Below are positions 22,590-33,195 of a stretch of 64,000 nt of DNA, piece by piece. Under the pieces are notes generated by a model. It ran no database searches, was not told the origin of the DNA, and worked only from the letters and a program-made list of their open reading frames with translations. Each line of letters starts with the position of its first letter. The first letter of the stretch is position 1. This DNA is from Diplonema papillatum. Taxonomy: Eukaryota. Position numbers and translations under genes: made by a program. Location of the stretch: assembly GCA_030068145.1 (NCBI GenBank), contig JAPJBO010000158.1:181818-245817 (forward strand), given 5' to 3'.

Positions 22590-23110
22590 CCCGACCCTCC
22601 ACCGCAAGTGCAGTCGAATGAACGTGTTGCTACTGCACACAAACACATTGGAAACATAGGCCAAGGCCTTCCAACTGCAAGTTCAGCTGAATGAACGGTT
22701 TGCTGAAGCCCGGCAAGCACGGCGAACACTGCGTGTCCGCAATACTCGAGCACGAGTGTTCAATGGCAACTGCAGTCGAATGAACGTTCTGCTGGGCGTT
22801 GCTACTGTACACAAACACATTGGAAACATAGGGCAAGGCCTTCCAACTGCAAGTTCAGCTGAATGAACGGTTTGCTGAAGCCAGGCAAGCACGGCGAACG
22901 CAATACTCGTTCAATGGCAACTGCAGTCGAATGAACGTTCTGCTGGGCGTTGCTACTGTACACAAACACATTGGAAACATAGGCCAAGGCCTTCCAACTG
23001 CAAGTTCAGCTGAATGAACGGTTTGCTGAAGCCCGGCAAGCACGGCGAACACTGCGTGTCCGCAATACTCGAGCACGAGTGTTCAATGGCAACTGCAGTC
23101 GAATGATCGT
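22590..23110. repeat. tandem repeat, ~150-175-bp unit x3
   Basis: ctgcaagttcagctgaatgaacggtttgctgaagcc recurs at 22674, 22848 and 22997. Confidence 0.7.
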
Positions 23111-23450
23111 TTAGCTAAAAGCCACTCGCTGCGTGACTGAGCCCAGTAAAATGGGCGTTTCGCTGTAAGCCAGCGACGCGCTACACGCAAATCAAGCACG
23201 AACCGGCCGAAACTTCACTTCCGAGTGCCGAAGCGTGCTGAAGCAACTCCGCCGATTCTTAAGATCCAACATCGATCAAGAAGTACAGCAGGACCTGGTC
23301 CATGCTAGAGAGCACGCGAGACCTCCCTGGCCCCGCAACACCGGCACACCTACTTTTCGGGCTTCCGCCCAAGTCGAACACAATTCAGGCCCAGGCCCAG
23401 GGGGGCGGACTCGCGCGGGGGCGAGGAGAGGGGAAGAAGGGCGGGGGGGG

Positions 23451-26400
23451 ATGCACGCCCTCGTCCGCGCTTGTTTCTACAAGCAAGAATGGACGGCCGC
23501 GGAGGAAGACGCCCCAATAGACGTCGAGGCGTGCCGGGCGGTGAAGGGCTCCGGCGTGGCGGACCAGCCGGGGCGGCCGGGGGTGCGCAGTGTGTGGTTC
23601 AGCGAAGCGGCGTACGCGGATCCGGAAAAGAGGGACCAGCTGCCCTCCGGCGCCCGGACGCTGTACTGCGGGGGGGACGGGAGGGTTGCCCTCAGGGGCT
23701 TGAACAAGTTCAACGAGGTCGAAGACCTCGCTGAACTTCTCTGGAGCCCTGCAGTCAGGGAGTGGGTGACTCCCGTCTGCTTGCAGCGCAAGCTGGCGGG
23801 CTTCGTCGTCGTCCTCGGCCCCTGCGGCGAGGTGTCGTCGAAGCACACCCTGGCGGGTCGCCACGTCGACCTCGCGAAAACCATGCTCCGCGGCCGCGCC
23901 CGAGACCCAACGGCGCCCCGCGAGAAGGATGCAACCGCATCCCCCGCGGGTGGACGCATCAGTCGGGACCCCCACCACACCCCTCCGGCGGTGCCCGAAG
24001 GTGTCGACCCTTCTCCGATCTGCGAAGCGAGAGCTTCGGAGACAAGGAGGGTTGGCGCTGATGTGATGCATGCCCCGTTGGATGAGGGTGTCGGAGCGTC
24101 GCTAGAGGGGATGGGTGGGGTTGACAAAGGGCTGACGTTGCGTGATGGGAAGCCGCTTGCGCTCGTTTGCGAGGCGGCGCCGGAGCAAGACCCAAAGCAC
24201 CTCGTCTGCGAAGCGAGAGCTTCGGAGACGATGGGTGGCGCTGGTCTGCTGCATGCCCCGTTGGGTGAGGGTGTCGGAGCGTCGCTAAAGGGCATTGCGG
24301 GGCTGACGTCGCGTGATGGGAAGCCGCTCGCGATCGTTTGCGAGGCGGTGGCACCGGAGCAAGACCCGTGGCACCCCGTCGTCGAGCCTTCGGAGCACCA
24401 CGGCCTGCGCCCTGTGGCCGTGATCGCGGCGCGCGAGAGGAGGGAGGAGAGTTACCCCGAGCTTCTGCTGCCCGTCTGCGCAGCCCTCGGCCTGCAGCCC
24501 GCGGACACCGCCCCGATGTCGTGGGCTTCCTTCGAAGCCGCGGTCCTCGGCGCCTCGCGATGCACGACAGACCCGCACGCCGAAACGGAGGGTCTCGTCG
24601 CAACGTTCTCGGTCCCGGCGGCCGTCGTGGCCGCCGTGTTCGCCGGCCGACCCCTCCCCGCCCGTCTGCCCCCGTCCGCGCCGCTAGCGCACTTCCGCGT
24701 CAAGATCAAGACGCTCAGGTACCGGCTCAAGCGCCGGTGGAGGCACTTGGTCCAGCAAATCCCGGCGGCAGCCGCGTGCGCGGAGGGCTCGGGCGCGGCC
24801 GCAGGGACCTCCTCTCCAGCCGGCGCCGCCGGAGTTTCCCGCAGCAGCCACGGCGAAGGGCTTCCGGATTCGATGCCGCGCGCCCACGCTCTCTCGTCCG
24901 AAGGCGAAGGAGAGTTGCACGCTGCATCCACCTCGCACCCCACAGCTGCAGCAGGCAACGTTCAACCTGAAAGCATCGACGGTCTCCCGTGCGAGCAGGT
25001 ATTGCGGGCCGCGCCAAGCACCAGCTCGACCGATCGCAAACTTCCACCTGACGGCACCAGCCTTTCCCGCACCCAAGTTCACCCGTCCGAAGGAGGGTTG
25101 CAGGTAGCAACCACCTCCCTCCCGACCGCCGCAGGCAACGCGCAACGTGAAACCCATGCCCCCCCGCCCGAACAGGACTCGCTGGCGACGGGCGGCCCTG
25201 CGCCGGCCGAAGCTGTCGAGACGAGCCCGGCGGCTGCCGCCGCCCCGTTCTGCCCGCCGCCGGCCGTCGCGCGGTGGCTCGCCCGGCAGTGGCCTGCGTG
25301 CGACGACGGCGAGAAGGCGCTGCTGAGCTACTTGTTCGGTGACGCCGGGCTCCCGAGCCGACTCCAGCTGCTGCGCTCCGGCGGCGGCGGGCCCGCGTCG
25401 CGGCTCGAGCGGGCGGCCCTGGCCGCGGCGGCCGGCGCAGCGCCCCAAGCCGAAGGCCGCGGGCCCCCCGCAGCTGAGGATTCGACCGCAGCCGACCCCG
25501 GCGAGTGGCCGTACTCGCGGGTTTTGAAGGGAGTCGGCGTGACGGAGGTGTTCGACGGGTTCGAGGCGTTCGTCCGGCACAGCCGGGGCGAGCGGGCGTT
25601 CGCGGCCTGGACGGACTACCTCCAGGGGCTGACCCCCCCTGTCCCCCCCCGTGCGCACACTTTGGTCATGTCCGTGGGGCTTCCGGGGAGTGGGAAAAGT
25701 GTGTTGATGTCCGAGTTGAGCCAGCAAATCGCCGTCGGACACGACGCGGTGTTCATCGCGCGGGACGACGTGACCGTCCAGGAGAGGACCCGCCTGCGCA
25801 AATCGGACGTGTCGCGCCACGTACACGCTGCGATCCAAAAGCTCACCCAGGCGGTCCTCAAGCAAGCGACGGCGCCGACTGTCGTTTTCGTCGACGGGTG
25901 CCACCTTACCCCGGGCAGTCGCGCTGCGGTCGCGAAGCACTTCGAGCGCGTGCTGTACCTCAACGCCCGCTGCCCGCCGGCCGTCGCCATCGCGCGGGTC
26001 AAGGCGAGGCACGGGCACCCCACGCTGGCCCCGGACAAAGCCGAGGCAGTCGTCAACCTGTTCTCGGAGCGGCTCTCGTTTCCGAGGGGCCGCGAGACCC
26101 TGCAACATTGCACCGCGAAGCCGCCGACTACCCAGCGACCGAAGCCGCCGACTACCCAGCGACCGACCCCCAGCGAAGCCGTTGACACCTCGATGGATGC
26201 GACAGTCGTCAACCTGTCCTCGGAGCGGCCCTCGTTCCCGGGGGGGTTTGAGATGGAACGGCAACCCGGCGTCGCCAAGCCGCCGACTACCCAGCGACCG
26301 ACCCCCGGCGAAGCCGTTGACACCCCGATGGATGCGACGGTCGTCAACCTGTCCTCGGAGCGGCCCTCGTTCCCGGGGGGGTTTGAGATGGAACGGCAAC

Positions 26401-27632
26401 CCGGCGCCGCGAAGCCGCCGACCACCCAGCGACCGACTCCCGGCGGAGCCGTTGACGCCCCATTGGATGCGGATGCGGACGCAGCCGAGGCACCCGCCGA
26501 CTGCCGCACGTCAACGACAAAGGTCGTTGACGTCGACACGACAGCACCGGTCGACCTCCGCAGTCTGCTGGAGGAGCTTGTTGTCTTCCACGCCGCGTCC
26601 GGGTGCGGCGCTGCGCGGAGGCCGCGGTTAACGCCGCTCGCCGACATTCCGTCGAGGTACCTGCCGGCGACGTCGGTCCTGCTTTCCGAGCTGTCGCTGA
26701 GCCCTCCCACCGCGTGCCTCTCCTCGCAGTTGACGACCGTTGCGATCAAACCGGCCGAGACGGCGGACCCCCCCGCGAACCCGTGGACCCGCGCGTTGCA
26801 GGACACCCTCTCGTACTGCACCGCGTGGGCGACCGGCAAGCGCCCCCTCCCCGCCGACGACGTCGGCGGAGCCTCCGCGAAGCGGCGGAAGCTGGCGGGC
26901 GCCTGGGCCCCTGCGGCCGGCGCCGCGCTGCGTGCCGTAGCCGCGTTCGCCATGGCAGGCGGCGCCGGGGGCGGGCCGGTGGGGGAGGGTGCCGTGGGGC
27001 TGTCGCCCGTGCACGGCGGGGCGTCGGTCCTGTGGCTGCGGGGAGCGCTGAAAAAGCAGCTGCACCACCGCCCGGGGCTCGGGGGTCCGGACGAGGCGCT
27101 GGCGTGCCTGTACAACACGGCGGCGGCGGCGGACGCGCTGCACTGCACCGTCGTGCATTTGGCGGGCAGGCTGCCCGACGACGACGGGGAGTTGACCGTC
27201 GCTCTCGAACTGCTCCGGAAGAGGGACCAGTACGAGAACAGACCGTGCGACCTGGTTTGCGACCGGCTCGTGTGCGATGCGAAGGGGATTTGTCTCGCGG
27301 TCGAGAAGCTGTCGCTGCTCGCGGGAGTAGAGGGAGAGGAACGTGACCCGGCGATGGGTGGAGCCGCCGCTTCGTTGCGGCTGCCGGCGGCTTGCGGGGC
27401 GCACGTAACCCTCGGCGTTGCGCAGGGGGTCCCGCCGAAGTACTGCGGCGAGCTCGTGAGGAGCGTTGACCAGTGGCACGCGCACAACGAGCAGCTGACT
27501 GCCGCCAGGAGTGACCGCAAGCGAGGGGGCCCCGCCGGAGAAGCGCCGCCGCCGAAGGCCAAGTTCCACAACTGCGCGTCGCTGGCCCTGCACCCGCCTA
27601 TCGTGTTGCGTGGCACTGTTGTGTTTGAGTAG
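23451..27632 (+). CDS. Trl1-type tRNA ligase / RNA end-healing-and-sealing protein: ligase-like N-terminus, P-loop polynucleotide kinase, 2H cyclic phosphodiesterase; several low-complexity insertions
   Basis: The continuous ORF 23235..27632 is taken from the first ATG at 23451. Candidate ligase motifs are KGSG, EGLVA and VKIKT. The Walker A motif is GLPGSGKS. Two H-x-T-x motifs (HCTVVH and HVTLGV) lie about 95 aa apart at the C-terminus, which is the 2H hallmark. A ~44-aa unit (AKPPTTQRPTPGEAVDTPMDATVVNLSSERPSFPGGFEMERQPG) is repeated three times. Confidence 0.5.
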   Translation: MHALVRACFYKQEWTAAEEDAPIDVEACRAVKGSGVADQPGRPGVRSVWFSEAAYADPEKRDQLPSGARTLYCGGDGRVALRGLNKFNEVEDLAELLWSPAVREWVTPVCLQRKLAGFVVVLGPCGEVSSKHTLAGRHVDLAKTMLRGRARDPTAPREKDATASPAGGRISRDPHHTPPAVPEGVDPSPICEARASETRRVGADVMHAPLDEGVGASLEGMGGVDKGLTLRDGKPLALVCEAAPEQDPKHLVCEARASETMGGAGLLHAPLGEGVGASLKGIAGLTSRDGKPLAIVCEAVAPEQDPWHPVVEPSEHHGLRPVAVIAARERREESYPELLLPVCAALGLQPADTAPMSWASFEAAVLGASRCTTDPHAETEGLVATFSVPAAVVAAVFAGRPLPARLPPSAPLAHFRVKIKTLRYRLKRRWRHLVQQIPAAAACAEGSGAAAGTSSPAGAAGVSRSSHGEGLPDSMPRAHALSSEGEGELHAASTSHPTAAAGNVQPESIDGLPCEQVLRAAPSTSSTDRKLPPDGTSLSRTQVHPSEGGLQVATTSLPTAAGNAQRETHAPPPEQDSLATGGPAPAEAVETSPAAAAAPFCPPPAVARWLARQWPACDDGEKALLSYLFGDAGLPSRLQLLRSGGGGPASRLERAALAAAAGAAPQAEGRGPPAAEDSTAADPGEWPYSRVLKGVGVTEVFDGFEAFVRHSRGERAFAAWTDYLQGLTPPVPPRAHTLVMSVGLPGSGKSVLMSELSQQIAVGHDAVFIARDDVTVQERTRLRKSDVSRHVHAAIQKLTQAVLKQATAPTVVFVDGCHLTPGSRAAVAKHFERVLYLNARCPPAVAIARVKARHGHPTLAPDKAEAVVNLFSERLSFPRGRETLQHCTAKPPTTQRPKPPTTQRPTPSEAVDTSMDATVVNLSSERPSFPGGFEMERQPGVAKPPTTQRPTPGEAVDTPMDATVVNLSSERPSFPGGFEMERQPGAAKPPTTQRPTPGGAVDAPLDADADAAEAPADCRTSTTKVVDVDTTAPVDLRSLLEELVVFHAASGCGAARRPRLTPLADIPSRYLPATSVLLSELSLSPPTACLSSQLTTVAIKPAETADPPANPWTRALQDTLSYCTAWATGKRPLPADDVGGASAKRRKLAGAWAPAAGAALRAVAAFAMAGGAGGGPVGEGAVGLSPVHGGASVLWLRGALKKQLHHRPGLGGPDEALACLYNTAAAADALHCTVVHLAGRLPDDDGELTVALELLRKRDQYENRPCDLVCDRLVCDAKGICLAVEKLSLLAGVEGEERDPAMGGAAASLRLPAACGAHVTLGVAQGVPPKYCGELVRSVDQWHAHNEQLTAARSDRKRGGPAGEAPPPKAKFHNCASLALHPPIVLRGTVVFE

Positions 27633-28669
27633 ACGTGCGTGCGCCGAAGGCTGCACTTCACAGCAGGCGACGCGGAGAAAAAAGCTATGAGAACAGCCGT
27701 CCTCCGTTGCGTCGAAAGCCTCATGTGCAGGAGAAGAGATCCGACGGGTGACAGGACCGATACTTCTTGAAGGCTGCCTTGTATGACATGACGACAAGGT
27801 CGAACGCCGTGCAGCTTCAAACACTTCCGGTGATGCGCGCTTGCCTCGTCTTTGATCAACTGCGACGGCAAGAAGTTGCACAACTTCTGGATGTTCGACC
27901 AACATCGAGAGCGAAGTTGTGTCAGCTACGTCCGACACTCATCATCTGCGCTCACGCAAAACAAATTGTTGAACGAACAAACATGGGAGTATTTGCAGCC
28001 CTTTGCCCGCCTCCCGCAATGCGTCTCACAGCTGCGTTGGGGGTATGGGCTCTTGTCGCGTAAGCGGGAGCACTCAAAATGAGTATCACACTATACACCG
28101 CCTGGCAGAGTGACCGTCCAGAGTGACTCACGGTTAGGCTCTGCGCGATTTGGCGTGTGGCTCGAAACCGGAACCTCGTCACTTTCTGGCCGCATCCTTT
28201 GCAGCGGTCGCAATGTCAAATTGACTGATCAAAACGGACCTTGCTTGCGCAATCCCATCTAGCCTCGCCAATAGCCGTGCCGGGACTTGAAGCGAGAACA
28301 CTTTCCCTTTTTTGTACGATCAAAACTTGCAGGAGGCCCTACAAAGTAGGTGCGAACACCAAGAAGACATCGACACGTGTGTTTTTGATGGTTGATCAAA
28401 GTTCCTGGCCTGAAAAAGGGAACCAGACAAAACCGATCAACCAGCAACTGTGTTGGCGAAATGTTGCGTGGAAATAAGCTTGGGCGAGGTCACCTGGGGT
28501 TACGGAGGGTGTACCGTTAAGCTTTCTGTAACCAACCACAGTGGGACTCCCGCGTCTGTGCCGAGAGTACAAAGCTGCAACCCAAGAACCCCACTCAGGT
28601 CACCAAAAAAGGAGAACCCCCTCCCAAAAAACACAAACGAAGCACAACCCACAACCCAAAAAGGCGAAC

Positions 28670-29491
28670 ATGGCGCCGCAGGCTGTCGTCATCCGGCTGA
28701 AGAGGGACGAGTACATCCACGTGCTGGACAACAACGAGAACACGACGACGTGCGTGATCGGCCCGGTGACGTTCACCCGGAAGAGCCACGAGGAGGTCGT
28801 GCTCGGGCCGCTGAAGTGCGTCGCGCTGCCGCCGCAGACGTACTGCCGGATCTTGAACCCATGCGCGCGGGGCGCCGGCGGCGCGCCGGAGGTCGACGGC
28901 AACGGAGAAGTGCGCGTGCGGTTCGGCGAAGAGGAGGTCCGCGTCAACGACGGCACGAAGTGGCGCACGCCGTTTCCCCTCTACCCGGGTGAGGAGCTGG
29001 TCGAGGGTGCCCTGAAGGGCGGGCAGCCTATCAAGAAGCTCACCGTCGTGGCAAAGAACACCGCGTTGAAGCTGCGCGCCGAGCAAGACTTCACAGCAGA
29101 AGACGGCACCGAGCGGAAAGCGGGCGACGAGTGGATGTTCGAAGGGCCGGCGACGTACGTGCCGAACGAAAAAGTGAAGTTCGTGTCGAAGGTAAACGCG
29201 CACATCGTCAGGTCCGACGAGGCGCTGCACATCCGGGCCCGCATCGCGTTCACCGACCGCAACGGGAAGGCGCGCAAAGGAGGCGAGGAGTGGCTCGTCA
29301 GAAACGACGGCGCCTACCTCCCGTCCGTCGAGGAAGAAGTGGTCGCCACCATCGGCGCCCGCGTCATCACCGACCGCAAAGCCATCGAAGTCGAGGCGCT
29401 CACCACGCACACCGACGCCTTCGGCAAGAAACGCGCGGCCGGCGAGAGATGGCTGGTCACTTCGAAGGAAACCTCCTCGTTCATCCATGAG
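28670..29491 (+). CDS. MVP: major vault protein, exon 1
   Basis: MAPQAVVIRLKRDEYIHVLDNNENTT..PLYPGEELVEG..AGDEWMFEGPATYVP aligns with the human MVP N-terminal repeat domains. A donor GTTTGC lies at 29492. Confidence 0.85.
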
Positions 29492-29754
29492 GTTTGCCGG
29501 TTTCTTGCTCACCCCAGCCCAGTGACGTGTGCGCACTCGTGCGCACCGATTTTCAAAAAACGTGCGCACGGCTGCACGGCGCAGTGTAGCCAAACGGTGC
29601 GCACGCGTGCGCACCGATTTTCAAAAAAGTGCGCACGGCCGCACCCTCGCACGGCATGCCGTGCGCACCCATCACTGCCCTAGCCTAGGGGCTGTCGCAA
29701 CCTCGGCAGCCCGAAGTGAAATTGCGCACACAAAATGGGAACCCGCTTCATTCG

Positions 29755-29912
29755 TGGCGCCGACGAGGCGATCCTCGTCCGCGCCGTCGAGAAGCTGAAC
29801 GACGGCAACCACGACCGCACCGCCGGCGACCGCTGGCTGCTGCGCGGGCCGCTTGAGTACGTTCCGCCGGTCGAAGTCGAGATCCTGGACAAGCGGAAGA
29901 CTATCCCGCTCG
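29755..29912 (+). pseudogene. 158-bp intronic duplicate of an MVP exon-2 segment (pseudo-exon)
   Basis: 29755-29912 is nearly identical to 30264-30421 ([52 protein letters not shown]). It is followed by unrelated sequence and lies inside intron 1. Confidence 0.6.
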
Positions 29913-30061
29913 ACTGCCATCCGGAACCAGATTACCGGGAAAGTGTCGATGGTCGGCCGGTGACTCTATATACCACCGCACCCGACCTTATATCTCCTCA
30001 ATCTCAAAAAGAATCGCCACACCGAAGAACAGTCAACATCAATCAAAAACTCTTAAACCAG

Positions 30062-31306
30062 GTCACGGAGAAGATCACGCGGACGGTGCCGCTCACGACG
30101 CTGAGCAACCGGCAGTACTGCGTCGTGATCGACCCCATCAAGAACGGGGTCCAGATGTTCGGGCACCGGGAGATCCGGCGGGGCGTCGGCGAGGGCACCA
30201 GCTTCTTCCTGTACCCGGGTGAGCGGCTCGAGAACGACAAGGTGCAGGACGTCCAGGTCCTGGGCGCCGACGAGGCGATCCTCGTCCGCGCCGTCGAGAA
30301 GCTGAACGACGGCACCCACGACCGCACCGCCGGCGACCGCTGGCTGCTGCGCGGGCCGCTTGAGTACGTTCCGCCGGTCGAAGTCGAGATCCTGGACAAG
30401 CGGAAGACCATCCCGCTCGACGAGAACGAAGGAGTGTACATCCGTAACCAGACCACCGGGAAAGTGTCGATGGTCACCAACACGGCGCACATGCGCGAAG
30501 CCGACGAGGTGCTCTGGGAGAAAGAGCTCCCGGATGTGGTCGAAAAGCTGCTGCAATCGTCTGGCACGTTGAACCGCGTCCAAGACGGAAAGCAGGCGGC
30601 CGCGGCCAGGGACAAGACCCGCGCCGTGCGGTTCAACATCGCGCACAACGCCGCAGTGCAGATCTACGACTACGCCGGAAAGGAGCCGACCGTCGTGTTC
30701 GGCCCCGACCTGGTGATGCTCAAGCCGGACGAGTGCTTCACGGTCCTGTCCCTCAGCGGGGACACGCCGAAGGTGCCGAACGTGATCAAAACGATCCAGC
30801 TCGGCCTCGGGCCGGACTTCATGACCGACGTCATCACCGTCGAAACTAGCGACCACGCCCGGCTCGAGCTGCGGCTTTCGTACAACTGGCGATTCGACGT
30901 TTCCGCGGCGTCCGACCCGGAGGAGGCGAAGAAGATATTCTGCGTGCCGGACTTCGTCGGCGACACGTGCAAGGCGATCGCAGGCCGCATCCGTGGACAG
31001 GTCGCCATGGAGTCCTTCGAGGCGTTCCACAGGAACTCGGCGCTGATCATCTGCACCGCGGTCTTCGGGCTGGACGACAACAAGAACGTGAAGAAGACGC
31101 TCGAGTTCCCAGCCAACAAGCTCGTCATCGTCAACGTCGACATCCAGAGCGTCGAGCCCGTCGACCAGCGCACCCGCGACTCGCTGCAGAAGTCCGTGCA
31201 GCTAGCCATAGAGATCATGACCAAGTCGCAGGAAGCCGCCGCCCGCCACAGGGCCGAGCGCGAGGCGCAGAAGGCAAACAGCGAGCTCGAGAGACGGAAG
31301 CTAAAG
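30062..31306 (+). CDS. MVP: major vault protein, exon 2
   Basis: The AG acceptor at 30060-61 keeps the frame (intron 29492-30061 = 570 nt). [45 protein letters not shown] matches [45 protein letters not shown]. ...SVEPVDQRTRDSLQKSVQLAIEI also matches. Donor AAG|GTATAT at 31307. Confidence 0.85.
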
Positions 31307-31589
31307 GTATATCACCCCTCCCACCTGGGCGGCCTCCGCCCGTGCGGTACCCATTCCAAGCACGTTCTTGCAATCCCACCTGGGCGGCCTCCACCCGTGA
31401 CGGATTCGCCTGTGCTCTGGTAGCACGGGTGGTCCTGGCTGTGGCGAGCTACGAACAGCCGCCTGACAAACCAGACTCACACCGCTGTCCTGTCTGCAGA
31501 CACTCAGGTTCCGCGCTGATGATGGTCCGCCTTATGTGTCCGTGGCTTGAAGGACCGAAACACGGCGCAGACGGGACCGGTGCGGCGTT

Positions 31590-31760
31590 GTGCACATACC
31601 CATTCATTCCACTTAATCCCACCGGGGCGGAGTCTTACACTCCCTGGAACCTGTTTCCCTTCTCTGTTTTACACTTTCTTCGAAGAAGATTTGATGCTAG
31701 CATCGAACATGCATGAGAGGCAGTGTCCTGCTTAGCAACAAACTAAGTTTCCCCCCGTGC
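31590..31760 (+). repeat. family C dispersed repeat copy (MVP intron 2)
   Basis: ...ggagtcttacactccctggaacc...ttttacactttcttcgaagaagatttgatgctagcatcgaac... matches the units at 20370-21110. Confidence 0.65.
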
Positions 31761-32047
31761 ACTCCCCACACTGAAATCGACTGGGAACAACCTGAGCGAT
31801 CTCTCTTGATACTGTACGTTCTCTCACTGGTCAAAGTGTAGTGAGTTCTGTACTGTAGTGAGTTCTTGTTTTTCGGGTTGAGGGGGCCTTGTAGAGGGGG
31901 TGGAAAAGGCCTCGAAGCAGGGAAAACGGTCCCCACGAGGGGCCCCGGAGCCCCTTTTCCTATTTTTGCATCCCTTTCCTAGACAGCTGTTGTCGTGTAA
32001 ACTAAGATTTCCGCCCCCGCTTCGAGTTCCTCGCCCCCTGCTCCCCT

Positions 32048-32232
32048 TCCTTCCAAGCAAAAAGCACGCGGCGCGGAAGCGCAGCATTCCAAGAACGGAG
32101 CCGCGTATCACCAGCCATCGTCCACCACATCGAGACCGTCCTCGGACGATGTCATCAAGTAACGCTAGCCCCTGACAAGGCAAGCCTGCCCGGGCATGGG
32201 GTACCTGCATTTCAAGTTCGCACTCCTCCTGG
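32048..32232 (+). mobile_element. 3'-terminal fragment of the LINE family annotated at 37.3-40.4 kb
   Basis: aaaaagcacgcggcgcggaagcgca...atcaccag...cgtcctcggacgatgt...taacgctagcc...gtacctgcatttcaagttcgcact matches 40070-40362. Confidence 0.7.
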
Positions 32233-32491
32233 GGAGAATGGGACGGGCAGGTGTTCCCTATCTTTGCCCGGGGCCTTTCTCCAACAGCTCGCGAAGCTTT
32301 AGTTTTTTGCGTCAAAACTAGAAAGTATGCCAATGCTGCAGGGAACAGTCGGCTAGACTTCTTGAGTTTGCACTGTTCACGATCGCGGGAGTCGAAAAGC
32401 CTGACGTAGCCCGAAACCGTACCGACGTAGCCCGAACCCGTACCGACCTCCCATTTCGTGCGGAAAAGCGCATAAAAGCACTTTCTTTTTT

Positions 32492-32665
32492 GTGTTAACA
32501 ATGCATTGTTGGTACTAAAATTAGGAGTTGACAGCGTACTACATGAAACTCACCAAAGCACGCGAGTTCCGCTAGATGCGCACAAACAACAGAAAGCGCC
32601 AGACTAATTTTTTCTCACCGTCTTGCCAACAGAAAGCGCCAGACTAATTTTTTCTCACCGTCTCG
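32492..32665 (+). ncRNA. SL-RNA-like element, copy b (donor reads CACGCGAGT; Sm-like tail duplicated)
   Basis: gttaacaatgcattgttggtactaaaattaggagttgacagcgtactacatgaaactcaccaaagcacgcgagttccgctag...ctaattttttctcacc occurs twice. Confidence 0.3.
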
Positions 32666-32708
32666 CCAAGAGCTGCGACTCAAGTCATCCCCCCTCAACA
32701 CACGCCAG

Positions 32709-33140
32709 GACGCGTCGTTCTCCGAAGGTGAAAAGAAGGCGTTTCTCCAGCTCCAAGCGGAAAACGAAGCCATCGAGGCCACCGGGCAAGCGAAGGCTGA
32801 GGCAGAGGCAAGGGCCGAGGCCATGATTATTGAAGCCAGCAGCGAGCTGGAACAGGCGACCCTGAAGGCTGACGCTCAGCGCATCAGTGCCGACGCTGAC
32901 CTGGAGATGCTGTCCAGCAAGAACAAGGCCGCCCTCGACTACCAGAAGCGGCTCGACGACATCGAGGTGGACAAGGTGTCGAAAATCAGCCAAATCGAAG
33001 CGGACAAGTTCGCCGCCACGATGGAGGCCATCGGACCCGAGACCGTCCTCGCCATGGCAAAGGCCGGGCCGGAGCTGCAGGCGCAGCTGCTGGAGGGCCT
33101 GGGCCTCAAAGGGTATGCCGACCTTCCTCCATTCACATGA
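32709..33140 (+). CDS. MVP: major vault protein, exon 3 (to stop codon)
   Basis: The acceptor ...ccag|GAC... follows a pyrimidine tract and enters in phase 0. DASFSEGEKKAF...ATMEAIGPETVLAMAKAGPELQAQLLEGLGLK aligns with the human MVP C-terminus without any gap (117 vs 117 residues across the junction). The total protein is 832 aa. Confidence 0.75.
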   Translation, partial: DASFSEGEKKAFLQLQAENEAIEATGQAKAEAEARAEAMIIEASSELEQATLKADAQRISADADLEMLSSKNKAALDYQKRLDDIEVDKVSKISQIEADKFAATMEAIGPETVLAMAKAGPELQAQLLEGLGLKGYADLPPFT

Positions 33141-33195
33141 TTTGTTCAGCAGGTGTAGCCAGAGGGAAGCTTCGGTGGTTCATGGAGCAAAGGGA

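Noticed and set aside
20370-23110. Tandem direct repeats as possible CRISPR arrays
   Set aside because: The context is eukaryotic, with introns, SINE/LINE elements and MVP. Repeat units are 150-250 bp with no unique spacers, and there are no cas genes.
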